Assembly (NCBI GenBank): GCA_964016885.1 | Contig: OZ024746.1 | Span: 74,958,001 to 75,022,000, forward strand | From: Eledone cirrhosa | Lineage: Eukaryota | Reading direction: 5' to 3' | DNA: 64,000 nucleotides | Shown: positions 54,470-64,000 of the stretch, piece by piece | Layout of the letters: each line of letters opens with the position of its first letter | Position numbering within the stretch: the stretch's first letter is position 1 | Position numbers and translations under genes: made by a program | Notes under the pieces: generated by a model | Seen by the model: only the letters and a program-made list of their open reading frames with translations | Told to the model about the DNA's origin: nothing | Databases searched by the model: none

Positions 54470-54530
<61 letters not shown>

Positions 54531-54713
54531 ATATATATATATGTGTATATATATATGTATATATATGTATACATATATATATATGTATATATATATTCAT
54601 TAGTTAAGCAAAGACAAGACCACAAATTTCACAAGGAAGACGTTATTTAAAGAAAGTCAACATAGTTTCACTATATGTGAGGAATAAGGAGTGTAATTAT
54701 AATTTAATGTAAG

Positions 54714-54780
<67 letters not shown>

Positions 54781-54781
<1 letters not shown>

Positions 54782-55209
54782 GAGGGTATGCCTGCTAATT
54801 GATATGTCCGTTCCAATAGACAAGAATGTATCTATAAAAACATTTGAAAAATTGAGCAAGTATAAGGACCTGGAGATAGAAATTGGAAAAATGTGGAAAT
54901 TGAGAACTAAAACAATAGCAGTGGTTGTAGGCGCTCTAGGAATGATACCTAAGGGGTCTAATGATTACTTATCGCAAATCCCAGGAAACCCGCGTGTAGG
55001 AGAAATACAAAAGATAGTACTAATGGGAACTGCCCATATACTAAGGAAGATTCTGTCAATATAAGTACATCACAAGTCAAAACACCTAAAGATGCATGTG
55101 TGAGTATGTATGTTCTTTGTTGAACATGGCGGACCTTGTTGTCTCTTGGGGTCACTGGTTGTGACTTGGTGATAACTCGTATGAACATAAAGCAAGATAA
55201 ATGCAGCTG
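54781..55209 (+). mobile_element. 3' fragment of a second R4/Dong-like LINE family in (AAT)n
   Basis: CLLIDMSVPIDKNV..EKLSKYKDLEIEI..MW..VVVGALG..GTAHILRKILSI*; (AAT)n at 54715-54780 and 55210-55227. Confidence 0.88.
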
Positions 55210-55322
55210 TAATAATAATAATAATAATTGTTTCTACTTTTGGCACAAGGCCAGCAATTACCCAGTGCATTACTGGTACTTTATTTTATCGACCCCGTAA
55301 GGATGAAAGGCAAAGTTAACAA

Positions 55323-58110
55323 TAATGATTTCATTTATTAGCCACAAGGGCCGACATGTAGGGGACAATACAAAGACAGGGACAGTGGGGTTTACAATAA
55401 GGTCGAGTAAAAGTGCGCAATGGCAAGACTAATTTAACAATGAAGATATAAAAATATAAAATAAACTATGCATAAATATAACAAAATAAATTCCCCGATA
55501 GGGGGTGGACGACCCTGGGGTGACTCGGGTACCCCACCAATCCTGAACCACCCTGCGCTTTTAGGGCACCCAGGGAGAGCACCCCTCTCCTCAAGTTAGC
55601 TAGCCTATAAGCGCATGGTCAGAGTAGGCCCATTCACACGAGCCATTCTCGCCACATTCACCCACCTTTTAGCAAATGTACTGAGAGGCAGCACTTCTCT
55701 CTCTACCCTCACCTTCCTTTCCAGGTGAAACTTGAAGAAGTTGATGAGGGATTGGCCGAAGAGGAAAGTGTCTTTCTTCAGTCCTTTTAATCTGCTCCAC
55801 CATATAACCTCTTTCGCAACTGTCACCAGACAGAGGAAAATTTCCTGCTCTTCCTGACCTAAGGAAGGCGGCGGGTCGATCTTCTATGGACTCGGCCGAT
55901 AGCCGGATTCGTTCCACACGCGACAGTAGCTGTTCGACATAACTCCACAAGTCCGTAATGCACGGACATTGGACAAGTGCGTGCAGAACGGTTTCGTCGT
56001 TCTGTGCGCATCTTGGGCAGGTCCGTCTGACAGCACTTCCGTGCCTGTAGAGTTTATCCCGAACCGGCAGTGCCCCCCGGTAGCACTGCCAAACGAGGGA
56101 TTTCTGGAAATTGTCCATCGTCCCCGGCTCGAAAGTCCTCCGGTACAGACTGGTCAGTTCGACTTCGTCGAGGCCCAAAGCTTCTCTGAGTGCGTCATCA
56201 CACTTGCCCACCACTAATCCTCTATAGAACTCGAGAGTGGAAGTTCCACTGATCGCATTGCCCGCTTGGTAGAGGGCAGTGAGTGCCTGGCAACATTCCA
56301 GGTGCCAGTCACCCAGTCTCGGTCTCTTCTTGACCCAGGACTGCAGCTCAGTCAAAGAAATGAACTGCGGAAAGGCCTGTCTGATAAACGGCGACCACCC
56401 CTGTTCACCGTTTAGGCAGAATATCTGTAGATGTTACAGCCTCAACGCATGTCTGCGCATCATTAGCCACGGCATGCCCAGCCCTCCGCGTAGAGGGTGT
56501 TGGCAGAAGATGGACCGCCTCACCAACGGAACTTGTCCCCTCCACAAGAATTTGAAGAGGAGCCTTTCCAACTTGACGAGGCGCGGACGGGGACAAGGCA
56601 CGACGGTCAGGCGGTAGTAGATGACGGACGCGATGTACGCATTCGCCACCTCCGCGCGACCTTTCCGTGATAGCTTCCTCCCAGCCCATTTTTGGGTGTG
56701 ACTGGCTACTCTGCTCGTTACCTCGTCCCAATTCTTTTCCACCTGGAGGTCTGGTCCGACCAAATCCCGAGCAACTTTACCGGTCCGTCCGTCCAGCACA
56801 CCACGACGCTGTTGGACGGCATGGTCTTGCCTCTCCAGGTTCCGAGCTGAAAGCCCACCGACTTTTCCGGGTTAAGTTTGGCTCCTGTCAACCTTTCATA
56901 TTCCTTCAATAAGGTGCCGACCACCTCGATTTCTGAGGTGTTCGACACCATCACAGTGATGTCGTCCGCATAAGCCGACACCGCCTTTCCACGTCCTGGT
57001 TCGAGTGGGATGCCCTGCAACAGCTCCAGCTTTCGCAGTAAAGGCTCGAGAGTCAATACGTACAGAAGGGAAGAGAGAGGGCACCCTTGGCGGACCGATC
57101 GGGAGAGCCGAAATGGTTCCGACAGGTGGCCATTAACCTTGACCACCGAGCGTGTTCCGCTGTGCATTGCGCAAGTTTGCGCCTCCCCAACCAAATCCTC
57201 GACGACAAGCGCCAATCTCTTTGCTAACACCTTGGCCAAAATTTTAAACTCTGTGTTGAGCAGAGTTATGGGCCTGAAGTTGTCTAATGTATCCTTCTTG
57301 TTCTCGTCTTTCCTTATCAGCGTCACCACTCCCCTGCTCACAGAACTGGGAATACTCCCATTCTGCTGCCAGTTGCAGTACAGTGCTTCGGGGAGATCGG
57401 AGAATAGGTCTGGCATATTTACGTAAAGCTCGTAGGGTAGGCCATCCAAACCGGGTGACTTGCGCCTCATGCAGCCGACAAGGGCGTCCTGAATTTCGGC
57501 TGAAGTAATCGGCCTTTCGCAGCGCTCAGCGTCGACTGTCGAGATGCGCGGCAAGCCGTCAAGGTAGGGACTGAAATCCGCTACTCTCTCTGACTCGCCA
57601 CTCTCCCCAAACAACCGAGCAAAGTGCTGGCGAAAGGGCTCACACATCCGCTTAGAATCGTTTATCTCGTGTCCGTCTCGGTCCGCCAAAGACCGAATTG
57701 TGGTTTTATTACCACGCTGCGCCTCCGCCACGCGGGGCCATCGAACAGCTTTGGTTCCATCGTTTCTCAGCGCACGCGCCTTAGCTCTGACAATGCAACC
57801 TTCGTGTTTCGCATTGAAGAAATGGTCCAATGCCATTCTCGCCGCTAGCACGTCAGTTGCAATGCCACTACCAATAGCCTCGTCTAACTTATCTACCAGC
57901 TCCCCCTCCATTCTATTTTTCTCTAACGCTAGTTCTTTGCTGAACTCTATCGAAGTTACTCTAATCTCTCTTTTGAGAGGCCCCTACCATCTGTTGTTGA
58001 TGATCCCCCCTGTCAACCTTTTCTTAACTAAATTGTTGACGCGGTCCCTGTAAGCCTTACGTGCCGGAAATGACATGTTCAGCTTCCAGTAACCCGGTCC
58101 TAACTTACGC
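55323..58110 (-). mobile_element. 5'-truncated Tx1/L1-clade LINE, ORF2 broken
   Basis: [59 protein letters not shown]...HALVQC knuckle, 3' UTR ending GAAATCATTATT. Confidence 0.93.
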
Positions 58111-58167
58111 GAATAATGAGTGTGATTATAGTTTAATGTAAGGAATGTTAATAATGATAATAATAAT

Positions 58168-58627
<460 letters not shown>

Positions 58628-58694
58628 GAATACAAAAAACAACGCAGGAGTACAAGTTACAAATAGTATTAGTTTCACGCTTAATGAGAGTGGG

Positions 58695-58740
<46 letters not shown>

Positions 58741-59390
58741 ATACATTCACAGAGAAAGCTTTAAGCAATACTCCGACCGGCTTCCGTGTCAATCAACAAA
58801 CATTAGGATATAACTTCGTATAATCACAATTATACGTTTGGGGTGCTAACTAAACGTATTTTGCGGATGGCCAGTTGTATTATTTTATATGAGACATAAT
58901 TAAAATACATCCCTCTTTCCAAACGATCGTTTCATTATAAGTTTTCTACAAATTGGGAAAATAATGTCCAGGTTATGTAGAAGCCTACACATAGGCCGTA
59001 GGAATATATGTAGGTGGGCACTTATAAATCATCAGTGGATGCCCGACAAATATCGATATAAAAAAAACCTTACCGATATTAATGTTCAGCAATGGTATCC
59101 CTCCGTGCTAGAATGACCGCCAAATTTGAAATCTAGCAGTCTCACAATGAGAAATCTCACACTGCCATCAAGCGGAAAGGGGAGGTCATCGCAAAACATA
59201 AAAGAATAAAATAATATGCACGCGGGTCAATTAATTCTTTCAATAATTTTAACCATGCGTGAAGAACTCAATTGGATATAAAAAAAATAAATATATGCAT
59301 GTATTATTTATACACGCATATAGGTATTTTGTTAGGCTAAAAACAGAGATAAGATACCGGAAGAACAATCAATATTTATAGTAGTAATAA

Positions 59391-59628
59391 TTGTTTCTAC
59401 TTTTGGCACAAGGCCAGTAATTACCCAGTACATTACTGGTACTTTATTTTATCGACCCCGTAAGGCAAAGTTAACCTCGGCGGGATTTGAACTCAGATCG
59501 TAAAGGGACGTAACTCTTTGCGTCAAAGCATGGCGTCCGACCGTCAACTGATACTGCCAATCCACCAGTAATAATTGTTTCTACTTTAGGCACAAGGCCA
59601 GCAATTACCCAGTGCATTACTGGTACCA
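59391..59628 (-). mobile_element. SINE family 1 copy plus truncated tandem copy
   Basis: Near-consensus sequence with AAT spacers. Confidence 0.85.
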
Positions 59629-59734
59629 GTAATAATAATAATAAATGTGAAGACTAAAATCCGAAGAGGGCTCGACAAGTATAATATATATATATATAAA
59701 AATATATAAAACCATAGAGCAAATATTTGCTTAA

Positions 59735-59785
<51 letters not shown>

Positions 59786-59787
59786 TT

Positions 59788-59819
<32 letters not shown>

Positions 59820-59826
59820 CATATAT

Positions 59827-59994
<168 letters not shown>

Positions 59995-60146
59995 TATATA
60001 TATAACACTACAAAACGAATGGTTGAACCCACCATGAATTGTTTTATGCGAAAGGACATAACTATATAAAATATTTACAGATTAATATCTTAATACCATA
60101 ATGTGTTTGTTAATATCAGATATCTTTATCTTCATGTCAGCAGTGA

Positions 60147-60427
60147 TATATTACGTGAACTTAATATCTTCTGTATTCTATTATGTGGCCATTGAATAAG
60201 TTTAGCAACTGATCATGTTTGAAATGTTTCCTTGAACCAAAGATTAATACTAGTTTTTTCTCTCTATTGCTACTCTCATTTTCCCCTATATTACGTGAAC
60301 TTAATATCTTCTGTATTCTATTATGTGGCCATTGAATAAGTTTAGCAACTGATCATGTTTGAAATGTTTCCTTGAACCAAAGATTAATACTAGTTTTTTC
60401 TCTCTATTGCTACTCTCATTTTCCCCT
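60147..60427 (+). repeat. Exact 140-bp tandem duplication
   Basis: 60147-60286 repeated at 60287-60426. Confidence 0.95.
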
Positions 60428-62468
60428 TGACATCAGACTCGTAGGTGGGGTGAGATTTTTGTTTCGAATAGATATATTGAAAGTTGATATAGGTAATAGC
60501 TGGGTACTTTGCTAAGAGTTACACATGATTGAAAGCATTGCTAAGATCATGATCGACAACATTACATTTGCTGACGTCAACAGCTGATGAGTGACACATG
60601 ATTATATGTGACAGAATGAGTCTCCACGGGACCCATGCTGGTGGTAGCTGAAGTGATAAAGGGGCTTAATGCTAACAGATGCTTTCTCTGTATTTTAGAT
60701 ACTAGATGGGAACTAGATAGGTAGAAGCTTGGAGTATATCACAAAAAGTAAAACCATATCAAATATTTGTATAAATTCAGGTAAAATTGAGCGAGGTATT
60801 TAGCAAAGGGGTTATTTCTGGAACTCATTAATTATACTGATGGAAACAATACCGTCGGAACCAATGGCCTCACCGAGTTGAATTAAATGTAATAGTAGAT
60901 ATAACTACAACGATTGTTTATGCATTGGACCCTAGTTAATCTAGCAGACCTTCAACCGAATATTATCATTTGCACTAGCCTGCCTTATGTTCAATCATAT
61001 TGTATATGGAAATATATTATTGAACGAGTCCTTCCTTTTTAAAACGCTACTAGATTAGAATCTAGTTATGGACTTTTGCACGACGTCACTGTGATTATGC
61101 GATGGTAGAACTGATGGAGTACAGAAGGAGAGATTAGAATAGATTAGAAGGAGACATTGTGTCCAGTGCACTGTGGAGGTTGGAATGAACTGGTAAGTGA
61201 ATAAAGAGTCTTGTTCCCTGGAGTGGTACTTATAGAAACATTGATGTTGCGTACTGGTGAGAGGTTTATATTTCGTTATTTAAAACTTATTGTGTTTTAA
61301 TATTTGTCTACACATTATCATGTAGTCAAGATATATAGAGAAACTCAACAATAGATCACAGCTGTTATTTTGTTGGGAATCCATTTATCCAGCGGTCGTA
61401 AATTGCATCAAATGTTACCAAGGTGAAAGTTTCTTGCCCTGACACTATTTTCTAAAACTTGATTGGATTTAAATATATTGAGTAAAATAAGTAGAAATTC
61501 AAATAGATTAATTGATAGATAAAAGGATAAAACAGATGTAGATTTAAGATAATTTTATTCTTATAGAAAAAATGTATTGCTAATCATTATTGCTTCAAAA
61601 ATCGTATTGGTGAAAGAAAGCCTTCTGGGTCATTTTATTTCCAAAATCGTAAACAGTTTCTGAAAAATAATCAAAGAGTAAAAAACTTAAAATGCTGCCT
61701 CTTAAAAATATGTCTATGAAATATGAAATAAAAATTGCTCTTCATTCTCCTAGGCATATACGTTTTTGTGGGCTAAATGATGCCAATTAAATTAAATCAG
61801 GAATGGTAAGTGGGCTACCCACTCGCTTAAGATAGATGTTACTTCTTGCTTGTCGTTGTTTCGAGCAAAATGTATTTTGAATTCATAAAATGAGATGTAG
61901 TCATGTGTCGTAAATTCTTGTTTGACATTTGTTTTATTCGACGCACGGCAATGATAAATGAATTAAACTTTTAGAGTATGTGAATCCACAGTCTCTATTG
62001 TTAAAATTATGAACTTTAATCACTGAAGTATATATTCTGCAATGCTTTGCCTTTTCTGGGACTTATTTCAGCTACATTTAATTAACAGAAAACAAAAGAA
62101 TAAAAGCACCATTGTATAAAAGGTAGTTTGGGTGGGTAATTTATCTTATGACCATCTTATCTTTAAAAATACTTGAGACAATCGACGTTGTAACGTACAA
62201 AATAAATATAAAGCAACTAAGATAAACATCATTTCACTGATGTAAATAATGTATATTTTACGTTTCTTTAAAATACATAAGCATTGTATCAACTAAAGGG
62301 AAATATGATTTAACATTCACTTCGACATTTTCTAACCGAAACAAAACATTTAGTAAGTTTTCTCTTACAGGGGATATTACTGAGTCTAGAAATTTCCATT
62401 GAACAAAATTTAAAACTTGTAATATTAGAAACAGATTTGATAGAATGAAATAAATTAAAGCACTTACA

Positions 62469-62647
62469 TTAGGCCTTACAATTTGCCTTAGCACGAGTGG
62501 TACACCTTTGTAGTCGTGCATTAAAAAAAAGATCAGCTTGGCATGCCATGGATGGGTATGACGTTCTGTTGTAGCAAGGAATAAATCTATGGCAATCTTG
62601 GGGGTCATGGTTACATCCAAATGGGTATTGGCTACACAGAGGATCAT
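62469..62647 (-). CDS. CBM14 protein D, last coding exon (first exon presumably beyond the window end)
   Basis: TTTTCAG acceptor; phase-1 frame DPLCSQYPFGCNHDPQDCHRFIPCYNRTSYPSMACQADLFFNARLQRCTTRAKANCKA*; shares C.RFIPCYN.TSYPS.ACQ with gene A. The ORF track shows a different frame. Confidence 0.87.
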
Positions 62648-62874
62648 CTGAAAAGTATTTTAATAAGATTTTAGAAAAACTCTAGTTATTTTCTTCAGTC
62701 ACAATTTATAGTCAAGTGAACAATTCTATTCAATCGAAAGCTATTGCCAGAATTTAATACATCTGAGTAAACGAATCTCCCGTCATATATACTAATTATA
62801 CATTATATATATATATATATATATATATACTCCTTCCATATACTGTACCGATTGTGTTATTTATGTTTACCTTT

Positions 62875-62918
<44 letters not shown>

Positions 62919-62926
<8 letters not shown>

Positions 62927-63163
62927 TACTTGGGGAGGGTCATATTTGTGTAATAATATTGCCAGAATTAATAACAGAACACACTCACTGTGTTAAAAGA
63001 CACAGACACTCACCGATATAAAAGACACAGAAGCGAAAACCAACCAAACAGTGAGTGTGTTCTGTTATTAATTCTGGCAATATTATTACACAAATATGAC
63101 CCTCCCCAAGTATAACTATATTAATTTCGACACACGATTTCATATCAAAAACCTCGCAAAACT
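62919..63163 (+). mobile_element. Family P5 element with 73-bp fold-back arms
   Basis: Arms 62919-62991 and 63048-63120, then tail TTTCGACACACGATTTCATAT..AAAACCTCGCAAAAC; (TA)n both sides. Confidence 0.75.
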
Positions 63164-63565
63164 ATATATATATATAGTGCAAATTTATACGGGAACAAAA
63201 CAGAGAGGCAGACAAATAAAGGGTTATTAGGTTCAATCATTCAATCATTTAATCCTACTCCCAAATAATACAACCCCCACAAACATTGTAATACACACAC
63301 ATATACACGCACACATATGTGTGTATCTTCTTCTGGTTTTATAATTTTATAAACTTTTACCAATAGAGAGAGTCGGCATCTAACATAGATACAAGACTCT
63401 CTCATTGAAATTTAGACAACATCAACTAGGTAAATATGTCTGCATGTCTACACGCATGCGCGTGTGTGCAGGTCTGGATTTTATTGTATGTGCTGATATG
63501 TGTGTTTTAGGTTATATGTATGCATGTGCATATGTTTTTTATCTGTACAAGTGTACATGCAGTTA

Positions 63566-63900
63566 TTACATGCAGAAATTATGGAATCTCTTACATATAT
63601 TTACTGTTTCATTAATGGATTGTACTTGTAATTTTGTAACTAATCGTGTTCTTTCTGATTCTGTGAAGTCTAGCTTCTCAAGATTTGTACTGAGGCAGTT
63701 ACGAACGTATACCAGTGACCCAATAATCACAGTTATAAATCTAAAGGTATAGTTATGGTGGCGTATCTGCAGATTCCTCCGTAATTGTGAATAGATATTC
63801 TCCTTTTTTTGCTAATCTTATATTGGCATCTGATGGGCAGTTGACTTCCACTACGGTGGTGCTTACCTTCTTTTCCCTGTCCCATATCATTATATCTAGC
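63566..63900 (-). mobile_element. RLE-domain fragment of a non-LTR retrotransposon
   Basis: DIMIWDREKK..VVEVNCPSDANI / KENIYSQLRRNLQ..VIIGSL..ETVNICKRF, one frameshift. Confidence 0.7.
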
Positions 63901-63910
63901 CTCTATGTAT

Positions 63911-64000
<90 letters not shown>

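Larger units (their letters stand above)
53551..54474 (+). mobile_element. Retrozyme-like unit: two 329-bp direct repeats (family P4), 595-bp period
   Basis: 53551-53879 and 54146-54474 differ at one position that I could see; ends in (TA)n; each repeat carries a hammerhead fold. Confidence 0.85.

Noticed and set aside
60680-60860. KIERGI*Q RT-like peptide
   Set aside because: Too decayed to assign; at most an old LINE remnant.
62258-62647. 129-aa ORF MILCVANTHL...
   Set aside because: The ATG is the first bases after a splice acceptor; the frame with homology to genes A-C is the phase-1 CBM14 frame ending at 62469.

Overview
AT-rich, microsatellite-saturated animal genomic DNA. The repeat landscape ((TA)n/(CA)n/(ATT)n tracts, tRNA-derived SINEs, RTE/Tx1/R4/CRE LINEs, Penelope relics) suggests an octopus or other coleoid cephalopod; this is inference only. 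Protein-coding content, read by hand with splice sites and phases checked: (1) the last three coding exons of a Friend-of-GATA / U-shaped (ZFPM) gene on + (15112-15372, 16485-16697, 17232-20224), with 10 zinc fingers, a PLDLS CtBP motif and the probable C-terminal end of a PR domain; (2) a cluster of four paralogous small genes (A 39147-40810 +, B 42964-45239 +, C about 47750-51919 +, D last coding exon 62469-62647 -). A, B and C each encode two CBM14/peritrophin-A (ChtBD2) domains on separate exons joined by a phase-1 intron; only the second-domain exon of D is in the window. Three of these exons are missed or mis-framed by the ORF track. The most unusual non-coding signal is a set of small elements inserted at (TA)n tracts that carry type I hammerhead ribozyme folds. 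These include a U3-A8 compensatory core variant, two retrozyme-like tandem units (595-nt and 634-nt period) and fold-back ends. Also present are a SINE whose 3' tail matches a Tx1-like LINE, Dong/R4-like LINEs in (TAA)n, and a non-autonomous Helitron. There is a 200-N assembly gap at 9932-10131. No database searches or folding programs were run.
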